Positions 10,174-21,199 of a DNA stretch of 34,299 nt are shown one piece after another. Origin of the DNA: Trypethelium eluteriae (Eukaryota). Location of the stretch: contig JAVECL010000232.1 of the NCBI GenBank assembly GCA_051942245.1, forward strand, positions 1-34,299, read 5' to 3'. The notes under the pieces are model-generated. The model had not been told where the DNA came from, did no database searches, and saw only the letters and a list, made by a program, of their open reading frames with translations. Position numbers and translations under genes: made by a program. How positions within the stretch are numbered: position 1 is the first letter of the stretch; the number at the start of each line of letters is the position of its first letter.

Positions 10174-11574
10174 CTATCTACGATTGGCCAGTTCCTTCTG
10201 TACCAAGCGCCTGGGTCTAGGAAAAATTGTCCCATGCTCATCTGTAACCTGCAACAGAGCTGGGAAGGCTACGATCTGATCGCCGCTCTCTTCTTTGGAG
10301 AGAGTCCAGTCGAAGTCCCACGAACTTGGTTGAGAAAATAGCATATAGCTATACCTGACAGCGCGTTGAATTAGGCTCCGTAGGTTGTCGGTGCGCTCTT
10401 CGTGGCTATAGCGATTGGAAGCGAAAGGGTGGAGCACATCGTCAAGCGCCGTTGCAAGCTCATTTGCGCGCTGTATGCGCGGATCGTTCGGGGATAGCTG
10501 CGCCTGGCCGTAATTATCATGCATCAGCAACGCAGAAATGGCTCTCCAGCGACCCAGACATGCAGCTCGCGCTGTAATCAATCAGTATTGCTCTGAACAT
10601 GTTGGTTGCCTTATCTCACCTTTTGTATCATGGGCAAGTCCACTCATTGATTTCATACATGTCGCAACACCGGGAGGAAGCAGATCATCATCAATTCGCT
10701 GAATGATAGCCCAAGCGATGAGGTACCGTGTTGCTCCGACACGGGAACTCGCACGCGCCAGTAGGTCGGCAACAGTTCCAGCATCCATTGAAGACCCAAA
10801 TCCGAGCAGCCGATGGATGGCCGATTTGTCTGCTCTAGCGGAGAAGTCTCCCTCAGATGCATAATACGTCTGCGCATGGTTCTTGATCGTAGTACCGAGT
10901 CTGGAAAATTCGCGACTGATTGTATTGTCATCGAGTGGCTGAGGTAGATGGCGATCAACGGTGCTGGAGGGCATAGACTGGAGAGCCATCGCTGGGCCGA
11001 CTTTGCCGTATCCTTTGCTAAGAGTGCTGTCTTCGTCTGCAACGTTCCGGCTTGCGCGAGCTGGTGGGGATCGACTGTATGGTCGTCTCCTTCTTAATAG
11101 GAGCCATACGCCCAGAGCTGCGAGCAAGGCTCCAATGGCAGCACAGCCAATTCCGATCCCGGCAGCAGCGCCTTTACTGACACCTGCATTGTGATTTGTC
11201 GCGGAGGGACTGCTCAGATTCGTGGAGCTGGTTGATGATGACGTCGTTCCAGATGTTGAGATTGGCCCGGATGTTGCTAGAGGTGAGGAAGTACTTCCAG
11301 GTGCGATTGTCGTCGGACCAGGAGTAGACGTGGTGCTCACACTCGTTGTAGATGGGGGAGTTGGCGTAGAGGGTCCTGGCACCGCTCCGGGAGTGAGATA
11401 GATTAATGTATTTCCTGCACCTATTGAATAAGATATGGTAGAAGCAGGCGTGACCTGAGAAAAGGTTGCGGTAACAATCGTTGCTCCGGTTGTCCAGGAA
11501 GCCGTCTCAGTGAATATTGTAGGAGGTCGATTCGTCGGAGTTGTTATGGTAAGAAAGACGGACTTGGTCGCCAT
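10174..11574 (-). CDS. Single-pass membrane protein (~450 aa): Ser/Thr/Pro-rich N-terminal region, TM helix, cytoplasmic helical domain ending in a GrpE/MIEAP-like motif; exons 11574-10620 and 10571-10174
   Basis: TM segment AAAGIGIGCAAIGALLAALGVWLLL followed by the RRRR stop-transfer. A 48-bp GTGAGA..CTGAT..CAG intron (10619-10572) joins the two ORFs in frame. The C-terminus reads LFSQPSSWDFDW...IVAFPALLQVTDEHG...RRLV. No clear signal peptide. Confidence 0.8.
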
Positions 11575-11821
11575 GATCGGTGGACCGATAAGGAACAATC
11601 AGTCTCTCGAACTGAACAACGAGTCGAAGTGCAGACGAGCGCTCAGATGCTTTAGAGTTGTGAGCAGCCAACCTTTCCGCGTCGGCAAGGGGATGGTCTA
11701 AAAGCAAGTATAACATATTCATGAAGCCAGAAGCGCTTAGCGCAAGGCTGCAACGAGCTAGATCAATTGGTGCCATTATTATGCGGTGGTGCCACCCCCC
11801 TCATTTGCTGATCACGGGGAA

Positions 11822-11848
11822 GAGCTGAAGGAGCTGAAGGAGCTGAAA
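11822..11848 (+). repeat. Three tandem copies of the 9-mer GAGCTGAAG in the divergent intergenic region
   Basis: gagctgaag gagctgaag gagctgaaa. Confidence 0.8.
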
Positions 11849-12201
11849 AGGCGATGGCATAATTAAGTCCTGGAAGGTCTTCCTCAAAGTAGTTTAGTAT
11901 TGTATTGGATGGCGGGAATTTGTTCGGAGTTTGAGGCTCAACGAATTATTTTCGGCCCCCAATGCCCCCCCAGTTTCAGGGCGGTGCCGCCAATTTGCAG
12001 ACAGTCCAGACGACTAAGATAGCGCACACCGAGCGCATTGGATATCCCAGCCGCTCGGTGCCACTTGAGATAGGCGTAAATAAGTTGTGGAGCATGGGCT
12101 TGCTTTCCGTTTACATTCTAGAATCTTAGAGCAGCTCGAATCAATTCCCGTGCGCCTCGTAATTCTGCTTCCTTCGTTTGCCAAATCGCTCGATAAGGAA
12201 A

Positions 12202-14394
12202 ATGAGGAGTCCCTCCAAGCCAGACCTTGTGATTGGAGTTGATTTAGGACAGACGTGTACAGGTACGCACTCATAGAACGACGGGTCGATTATCGGAATG
12301 ATGAGCAAAAAGACTGACTCTCTTCACATGTAGGCGTTTCATACGCTAATCTATCCTCCGGTGCTGATACGGTGCGATGGATTCAAAAGTGGCCTGGTCG
12401 AGCGCAAGCTTGCGAGAATAAAGTCCCAACGGTCCTCGTATACCCACATGGTTCCTCCAAAGCCTCATCCTGGGGATTTCTTGCCGAATCCAAGAATGAA
12501 CAGAAAGCGGAGTACGGTACAACAAGGGAATGGTTCAAAACGCTCATCGATCCAGACTTCCTCGAGCAAGAGCGGCTGCGAAACCCTCAGGACACCCCCA
12601 GCTCATATTCAGAAGTACAGACCTGGTGCCGGGACTATCTGGGCTTCCTCTATGAGCATGTCAAATCAAAGCTAGCTCCTGAGCTGGGCAATGTCCCTTG
12701 GGAGGATGCAGAGATTGAGTTCGTTTTCAGTGTTCCAACAACATGGAAGCCACATCCAAGTGTGGAGAACTTCCGAGCTCTAATCGGTCAAGCTGGCTTC
12801 GGCGGCCCACTTAATGCCAGGCATTCCGTCACTATTGGACTGACTGAAGCTGAAGCTGCTGCCGTGCATACATCGACCGAGAGTGCTGGTATGTTCAGTG
12901 AGCGCGACCTGTTGCTCATCTGTGATGCTGGAGGTGGTACTACCGATCTCTCAACTCTTCGCGTGACAGACACAGCGATCCGTGTTCTTTCCCTGGAGCA
13001 GGTCGACGTTGTTGAAGGTGCAAATGTCGGCTCCGCGGCCATTGATGACGATTTCATGAATTTTGCAGAGGCCCGGCTTCGCGAAGCAAATCAGTCGCAG
13101 CCTTTGGACCTGGATATTGAAGAGACAGTATACGAAATGATGAAGGGAAAAGAATTCCAGAACATTAAATGTGAACACGGTGCTCCCGACGAGACACCTA
13201 TGTTCTCATTAGTGATACCGGGCCTCTCCCACAGCTACTCGAATCCTCCAGCTAACATTGAAAGAGGGGAATTGCACATGGCAAAAGAGGATCTCCGGGG
13301 TTTCTTCGACAGGCAGCTTCATAAGCTATTCCGGTCAATCGACACGCAACTCCAAAATCTCAACCGCAGACTTCCCGATGAGACTGTAAGCCATCTCGTT
13401 CTGTCAGGTGGTCTCGGTCAGTCTCTCTACGTGCAGGAAAAGCTTAAGGCTCGTTATGCAAATGGCTCGGAGCTTCATCCAAATGCGCAGTTCATGCAAG
13501 TTCGAATAGCTCCAGATCCTCAATTGGCTGTCTGCAAAGGCTTGGTGGCCGATCGGCTGCGCAAGCTTACAGTTGGACGTTCTGTACTTGGCTGGCGGTG
13601 TTGTCGGGCTTCATACGGAATTGTTTGCAAAGAACTGTATGACAAACACAAGCCGAGCCACGTTGGCAGAGAGATCAGGAAAGATTCGAGAGATGGGAAG
13701 ACCTATGTCCTGAGATCGGTGGAATGGTTCGTAAAAAAGGTATGCTCTCGCTGTACCCTGGCCACGATCATCACCACCAGCTAACACTGCCAAGGGTGAA
13801 CCAGTCTCCATAGATCGCCCTATTGAACACGACTTCATGAGGAAGGTCGATCTTGAGGATAGCATCAGGGTATTCCCGACTGAGGTCGTCGTCTCATATG
13901 ACGAGAAGGATGTGCTTCCAAACTTTTCAGGGCCAGGCAAGTGTCAATGACGCATGGAACACACGGTCACGCTCTGCGAACTAACAGGCGATAGGCGTGC
14001 AAAAGCTATGCGATATAGAGTCCGATCTTTCCAGTGCCAGCGAGAAAGAGTTCAAGGAGAAGAATCGACGGATCTGGCAATTCGGCCAGCGCTACTTTCA
14101 AGTCAAGTACCAGATCAAGGTGATTATCGGGCCTGCCGATCTTCGCTTCGAGCTATGTGAGTATTTTCATTAGTAGTTTAATCGCACCGCTCATTCGATC
14201 CAGGGTTCAATGGTCAAAAGTTGAGTAAAGATAAGCCAATCAAGGTCGAGTGGGCATCACCAACGGCTTCATCCATCCCTGCCCTCAAAAGTCCCCCTCC
14301 GCTCCTTCACGAAGATGGCATCTTGAGGACGAAGAAATCCGCTTGGAAATTGGGCAGAATGACGAGTGGCGGTTCGAATTCGAGTAGTCCTTGA
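12202..14394 (+). CDS. Atypical Hsp70-family (HSPA12-like) actin-fold ATPase; exons 12202-12262, 12334-13739, 13795-13936, 13995-14156, 14204-14394
   Basis: Phosphate-1 IGVDLGQTCTGVSY (split by intron 1), FSVPTTW, LTEAEAAA, phosphate-2 ICDAGGGTTD, adenosine LVLSGGLGQSLYV and AVCKGL. No canonical lid or EEVD. Four introns keep the frame; intron 3 is GC-AG. Confidence 0.9.
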
Positions 14395-14399
14395 TAGCG

Positions 14400-15600
14400 T
14401 TCTGCTGGGTGCCGATAGATTTCTAAACAAGACATGCTCCAAGTACCTTGCACTTACACGGCTTGTAAACGGGTCCGATTTGTCATCGAGTAGTTCTCCT
14501 GACTTTAAAGGTACGCTCCAGTCAGCCGTGCTGATCTATCTCGTGCAAGGTCAATTGCGTAAGAAGCTTCATCAAGACTTGTGCATCGTCAACGACCCAC
14601 CGATCTGGTACAGAGTTAGAGGAGCGGCCCCACGAACATATCACAGCATCGCCTGATATCTGTCTTTCCCTACAAAGGACAAAACGAGTACAAAATCTGC
14701 TTGACACGACAGTCACCTCACGCTAATCTCGGTTCATGGTGAAGTACTTTGCGCTTTGATAGGAATATGCCCACGAAGATTTCTGGTCAGGTTTGGAGGG
14801 CTCATTGGTACATGGAAGGCCAGAGCTATGCCGAAAGTAGGGCCAAATAATCTCTGGGAAGCAAACGTAAATGCGAAGAAGCACCAAAAGAGCCTCGTTC
14901 ATGGGGTCCTCGCCCCAACTGATGCGATCTGACAAGGATGGCACCGTAATGGTAAGATTTGAGACGGTTGTTACGAACGCCAGCATGCCGTAAACTAGAT
15001 ACCTTACGGCGGCAGGGGGGTTCCTCAACTGGTAATTAATACAATGTTACCTCGATTTAACTGTTATGGCCATGGTGGTCCATGTTAAGGCGGTGTTAAC
15101 ATGGGCCAACAAGGTCATAACAGCACACTCAAAATAACATTGTGTTAATTACCTGTTGAGGAACCCCCCAGACGCCGTAAGGTATGTATCGGAACCAGAT
15201 TGGCCACTCAATGGCAAGGTCTCGCAAATTTTCGATCCATCATCCAGTGCTTGACTCAATGGATCTATCCAAAGTGAAGAAGACAAGAAGTTGTGTTACA
15301 AGAACGCAAGAGGTTTAACGGCATCGCCTAGGCTTACGAAATCACAGAACCCTAAGCATCTCCGAGGCCTTGGAACCGGGTAGCACGCTCCGGAACTGAT
15401 GGACCGGAATATCGAACTCTCCATGCTGTCCATTGGGCCTGAATCGGGACCAGCATATGAGACGTAGGACTTCTTGCGGTGGACAGAGTGATAGACCGCC
15501 AGCGCTACGGACGAGACGCCCCATCTGTCGCCATGTCAGACTGATATCGTTCGAGAAGCGTGAGCATGTTGGGCGCGATCCGAATAATGGTTGGCTTAAT
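14400..15600 (-). pseudogene. Possible highly degraded cytochrome P450 relic interrupted by MITE A copy 2
   Basis: Minus-strand fragments fall in P450 order across different frames: IIRIAPNML (~15590-15562), VLMKLL..HEID (~14580-14535) and YL..CLEIYRHPA resembling the K-helix ExxR (~14445-14403). Many stops and frameshifts; no heme motif seen. Confidence 0.35.
15002..15182. mobile_element. Hairpin MITE family A, copy 2 (181 bp), opposite orientation to copy 1
   Basis: CCTTACGGCGGCAGGGGGGTTCCTCAAC...GTTGAGGAACCCCCCAGACGCCGTAAGG, with TA at 15000-01 and 15183-84. The central loop (aaggcggtgtt) is the near reverse complement of the copy 1 loop (aacatcgcctt). Confidence 0.9.
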
Positions 15601-16379
15601 GCGTCATTGTGGACAGGAAGGTGGGAAATTGCTACAGATGTGGGGATCGCACGGACCCTGTTCCCCCGGCGAGACCAAACATAGAAGCACCGAAGCGGTG
15701 GAAGGTCCGATCCTTCCCTTTTGCCCACGTGCCCCCTTAAGGAAGCACTGGAAGGTACATCTCTTCTTTCAGCTCTGCCTCCTAGGCGGGTGGGTACTAA
15801 TCGGTACCTAATGCCCAGAGTGTATCCAATTTGCAGTGTGCTCCTTCTTCTCTTTGAACATCATAGTGAACACACAGAGTTGTGAGGCAATGGACAGGTA
15901 TCATTGAGGCTATTCCAATTGCGTAGGTAGTTGGATGTCACTTTGATGCCGCAGTGCCCACTTCTACGTAATTGCAACTGCTTACTCGTACAAAGTCTCA
16001 AGATCTTTCAAAGGATGAAGTCTCCTTAAGCATAGTTACATGCGGTTACAATGCATCTATTTAATTGGTTCGGATATGCATGCACAGTCGCGTGTGGATG
16101 GACCTAGGGATTCTGCGACGCTCATCCTCCGTTAAGCGTTCCTGCAGGAGCCTTCCGACCACGCCAGTAGTACCTCAGCAAGTGTTCGGTCGTCATCCTT
16201 ATACAAAGGCTACCTCAAAGCTTCGTACTTCGCTCATTAGGTCTTGAGAAATTTGACATTTCTTACCTCGTTCTTTCCGTTGGGTTTGTCTTCCTTCGTC
16301 GCTTTCTTTCTTTTTCCTTCTCTGCTGGCAAGAGAATTCTTTGCTTCTTTCGCTTCTAATCTGTATCTGAATCTTGATC

Positions 16380-17510
16380 ATGCCACAATCTTTGGAGAGC
16401 AGTGACTCCGACCTACTGAAGGAGCAGGTCAGGATCGAGGAGCTATCTAACATTGAAAGCCGAGATTATGAGTGCGGAAAAGACCTTGTATGGAGCCAAA
16501 TCCGACGTTCTTCGCAAATGTTTCTTTCCGAATTCCTCGGCACCTTTATTTTGATCCTCTTTGGATTGGGTTCAATTGCTCAGGTGGTGCTCAGCAACGA
16601 TCAGAAGGGCATATTCATCTCCACGAATTACGGAATGGCGTCAGTACGGCCCATATTGATCACTGGGATATACTGAGAAGCATTTTAGTATAGGTCTAAT
16701 GATAGGGGCATATGTTGCTGCCAAATCGGGTGGTCATCTAAATCCGGCTGTCACACTTGCAATGTGCGTTTATCGGAAGCATCCCTGGCGTATGCTGCCG
16801 GCCTACGTTGCAGGTCAGTTTGCCGGTGCATTCTGCGGAGCAGCGGTGGTGTACGGGAACTACATGGTAGGACAACTCCTCTTCATTCCTATCAAGAATG
16901 GCGTGCACGTGTTAATCTATGATGCGCATATAGTCGGCAATTGATGTTTTTGAAGGCACAGCTAGTGCTCGTACTGTTCCTGGCTTCTCGCCCAGGGCTA
17001 CGGCGGGTGTCTTTGCAACTTATCCTGCCACATTCATGACCAAGACCGGAGAATTCTTCTCTGAATTCCTTGCCACTGCAATCCTCTACATCGGCATCGT
17101 ATCGCTCGCCGATAAGAAGCATGGAGCTGGTAATTTGATGCCGTTAGGCTTATTGTTTCTTGTCTTCGGTCTTGGTCTTGCTTTCGGTTCGGAAACAGGT
17201 TACGCGATGAATCCAGCTCGCGATCTCGCTCCGCGATTACTGACCTCTCTTGTTGGCTACGGCTCCCATGTCTGGACGGCTGCGGGCCATTACTTCTGGG
17301 TGCGCCTCTTCCTCTCTTCTTCCATCCCAAATTCAATTGGCTCTAACCTACCCGCAGATTCCCGTGGTTGCCCCGTTTCTTGGCGCGCTTTTCGGTGGCT
17401 TCTTGTACGATACATTTATCTTCACAGGAGAATCTCCGATCAATACCCCTTGGATGGGACTTCGAAAAATGGTCTTTCTCGAAAAGGCTAACGAACGGAG
17501 CATGGTATAA
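16380..17510 (+). CDS. Aquaglyceroporin (MIP family, GlpF/Fps1-like); exons 16380-16639, 16689-16866, 16934-17299, 17358-17510
   Basis: SEFLGT, SGGHLNPAVT and GYAMNPARDLAPR (Asp after the second NPA marks glyceroporins), GVFATYP and FWIPVVAPFLGA. Three GT-AG introns restore the frame. Confidence 0.95.
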
Positions 17511-19500
17511 GATATACTATAGCAACATTCACCGTTCAACCCTTTCGCTCTACTCAATTGCTACGTGTCTATGCAAGCAAGCGACCGAGTAAATCTGAAG
17601 TACGCTGCAAAAAGACCTTCTCTAGAACGAAGTCACGTGAGTACACCCCCCTGCAATTCTACCTACCTTACGATCGTCCAATGCCCTTGCCTTTCCAAGA
17701 GGAGTACCACCCAAGCAACTATACCTACCTGTTAATAATTGCTTTTGAGCGGAACTTGCCGGAAGTCCATGCAGTGTCACGCTGTCCAGTCCCCTCGATC
17801 TGATACCTACCACCAGACTGGGTTTGGGCTGTGCCACTGTGCTGCCTATAGGAGATCTGCTTAATATAAAACGCCACAATATTGCTACCGCCCAAAGAGT
17901 TATGAGAAAATACCTTCAGCACATGATCACGTCATGCTTTTGACGTTTACAGTACTCCTGGGACTATCCTCTCCCCTTTGCATACGTCTTTCCGGGAAAT
18001 TTTGGCGCTGCTCAGCTCTTTAAATCATAGTACTGTGCGCACGGCTGGGTTGGAAGCAGAGCCAGGGTGCGTCATGCCAGCGTGTGTCCAAGATTGGAAG
18101 GATTCACAGAAAAGTTGAAGAAGTCATTGCTAATGACAGAATTCGACGTGGCTAATATGTTGTATGAGACTTACGCCAGCTGATTCGAAGTACCATGATA
18201 TGTACTCCGGCAATATGGGCGATTCTTGTATAGGTGGTGATGAGATGTGATGTGCCCTCTCCTCTTGGATTTTAAGATCGATGCACTCTGGAGCCTTTCG
18301 CTTCCGTAAAGTAGTAGGATGTAGTCTCTTACTGAATGGAGAGGAACTCTTCGAGATTGCAGATACTTTGAGTGGCCCAATACCTCCCCATATTCGTCGT
18401 TAGTTTCAATCTTTCTATGGATAATTTTGAAAGAAGAAATCTGCCGCAGAACACCTACAAAGTCTCATTCACAAGGGTTCTCATGACTTTGGATGCCCAC
18501 CTCGGCAATAGTTGACTGTCGTCTGCAGGGCAGCCCGCTAATGCACGTCGTAGACATCAGGCACACTTTTGCAGAGAGATGCTGCATAAATTCAAAGTTT
18601 ATCCCAATCTGATCCTGCCAGGGTTCGAGTCAGTCTGTAGTATGCTAGCTTTGACTTGGTGATGCACCCAGTTGTCGGAAGCCTCCTTCGAACTGGCCGG
18701 ATTTTAGAGGCGCTTTTCACGTCTCTCTTCAGTATGTCAGCCTGCAGAATCAAAATATCACGAGAACATTAGAGACATTGAATATTCAAGCCGCCAGTCC
18801 AAAGTCTAATTGGATGGCATTGCAGAGGACTTGTAGCTCCTGTATGCTGATGGTGATAACTGAAGAAAATGTAGCGCGAGCATTAAAATCAATAATGCAG
18901 CGATTCCAAATGTCCAAAACCCAGTACTGTCGCTTTTACAAAAGAGAGGGGTATCTTTATGTCATTTTCAAAAATCAGCAGCCGTCACAAAATGCTCAGT
19001 ACCCAAATCAATGGTATCATGGCCTGCTGCAGCGGCAAAATCCACTGGTGTTGCTCCTGAAGAATTCATGCACATACGCTTGTAATCCATCCATTTCTCC
19101 GATGCGCCGTGTCAAGATATGCGAATGGATAGAGTAACTCGACAACCTTCAGCGAATTCAAAATCATTCCAGAGCCGGGTCGTAGACCTTGCATCAAAGC
19201 AGCGTTAGGCCGGGCAGCGTTCGCACCAAGGTTTCAGTGCTTGTGTCAATACTTCGATTGCTTCCTTTCCTCAATCCTGTTTTTGGTATCTCCGTATGTT
19301 CGCATGTAGAACCGACTGACATGACCTGCATGTCTTGGCAGCTCCCGTTCTTGCCCCAGAAGTTTGGTACCATTTCAAATCGCTCCCGAATGTGTCATGC
19401 TAAACAGAACCGCGAAGCCACCAACGCCGTGTCTGAAGATTCCACGAGTACGAAAGTGACGAGCTCGAACAACAATGCTAGTGTCTATCTCAAATGTAGC

Positions 19501-21199
19501 TCACGAAGAACCACCGTACACAGACGCCTCAGCCTGCCCACTGGCTTCTGGATCAGTAGCAGCAATGACCTCAGCCTCCAGTTCCTCAGCCTTTTCACGG
19601 CACGCAGCGGGAGAGAAGCCAGCCCCGAGTTTGGCGGCGATTATGCGCCAGCGATCGTTGTCGTATTCATGCATTGCTTGTCGAAGCTTCTGGACCTGTG
19701 TTACGAGGCGGCCGTATTAGTACCGAAAAGCTGAGGTCAAGCGAAGTTTGATTAAATGTTTGTTTAGGAAGAGGTCGAAGGATCTAGTGGAGTGTGGGGA
19801 AGTCATGCGAGGGAGCGTGGAAATGATCGACGCGGAAGGAAGCTCGCATGCATGAATGCCAACGGGAAGGATTCAACATAGGAGTCAAGGGAACAAAAAG
19901 CTGCACGCTTACCATCTCATCCGTCCAAACGGTTGTCTTGGCCTTCAACTTCGTGCAATACCGAACCTGCAAGGTGCCGCTGCTCCTACCCGGAAAGAAA
20001 TCGGCAATTTGCTTCCATGTGAGATTTTTCTTCTCCTTGAGATCCACAAGCAATTGATCATCCTCAGGAGTGAACTTCAACTTTGGTCCCCGCGGTCTTG
20101 GAGCTGGTGGAGGCATTCCCTCTTGGCCTACGACCGACGGTGGGCCATGAGAATGCTGGAGAAGCGTGGGTGAGGTGGGTGATATTGGGGAAGGATCACC
20201 GTACTGACGCTGCATCTTGGTAGGCGGAGGCTGGTTTGGGAGTCGATGGTGGTGATGTTGCTGCGCTGCTGCTGCTGCCGCTGCCGCTGCTGCTGCCGCC
20301 GCCGCTGCTTGTGCCTGGGCCTGCGCTGCTGTTTGGGATTGGCTTTGTGGTTGAAGCGCCTGTTGTGGGTGTTGTGCCGGTTGGTGTTGGCTTTGACCTG
20401 TAGATAATCCGTGGGGTTGCTGGTAATGCAGAGACAGCGCTTGATGCTGGACAGGGTGCTGAAGCCCTTGATGGGTCAGCTCCACGGGTATGTCGAGGCT
20501 ATGCAATGGGCGATGCTGATGGGTGGGGGTGAATCGTAAGGTTGTCGCAGATGATGATTCCTCGGCCGATGGCGGCGCATCCAAGACAGATGTCTGCAGA
20601 CCCTGAAGCTCGAGATGCCCAAGATCCTCCGGGCGACTACGTTTCCGGCTCGGAGTCTGTCTTGTAAACTGTGTCGAGTAGAGTTGCGCTTGCGGAGAAG
20701 GCTGCTGGCTCTGCGGACCACCACCATAGTGTTGACTCTGAGACGGTCGCAATGGTCCAAAATGCGTTCGATGCTGCAGCTGCGGGAAATATTGTGGCTG
20801 GTAAGTTTCGGCATGCGATGTAGAGGCGGCTGCTGGTTGAGATGGCGCAAGCTGAGTACCCGACGGGTGGATACTCGGATGGTGCGGGAGTGGCTGTTGA
20901 AGGTAAGGATTCGCTTGCGCTGATAGTGCTTGAGCGAAGATGCCATGCTGGAAATCGACGCTGGAGGAGACGGGACTGGATTGTTGATGCTGCACATGTC
21001 GCTGCGCTGCTGCTGCTGCTGATTCCTCTTCCTCTTCCCCTCCACCGTCCTCTGGCGCGGCGTAATCGAGAGAGAAATCTCGATAGGATCTCGCCACCGT
21101 TGCGACCTCTGCATGGAGCCCGCCAGAGCCGATTGCTCGGGCAGCTCTTCCCTTGCGCGAGGACCAGCAACCCACGAGAAAGTAACCGGGAATGCCGTT
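19501..21199 (-). CDS. Myb/SANT protein 1: two C-terminal Myb-like repeats and a long Q/H/A-rich N-terminus; intron 19912-19696; start uncertain
   Basis: KFTPEDDQLLVDLKEKKNLTWKQIADFFPGRSSGTLQVRYCTKLK, then WTDEM|VQKLRQAMHEYDNDRWRIIAAKLGAGFSPAACREKA, stop at 19501. The frame is open from 21199 but the first in-frame ATG is 20215. Confidence 0.88.
20264..20308 (-). repeat. GCN trinucleotide repeat encoding 15 consecutive Ala
   Basis: (GCA/GCG)15 on the minus strand within the Myb 1 frame, followed by QQHHHH. Confidence 0.9.

Noticed and set aside
14723..15028. Similar peptides MRNPPAAVRY / MGNPPAAARY / MRNPPTAARY and KKVSARWRG..AGGCLDT repeated in several ORFs
   Set aside because: These are translations of the MITE copies, not a protein family.
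17900..19150. Coding-like fragments between the aquaglyceroporin and Myb 1
   Set aside because: Short ORFs with no motifs or consistent splice structure.
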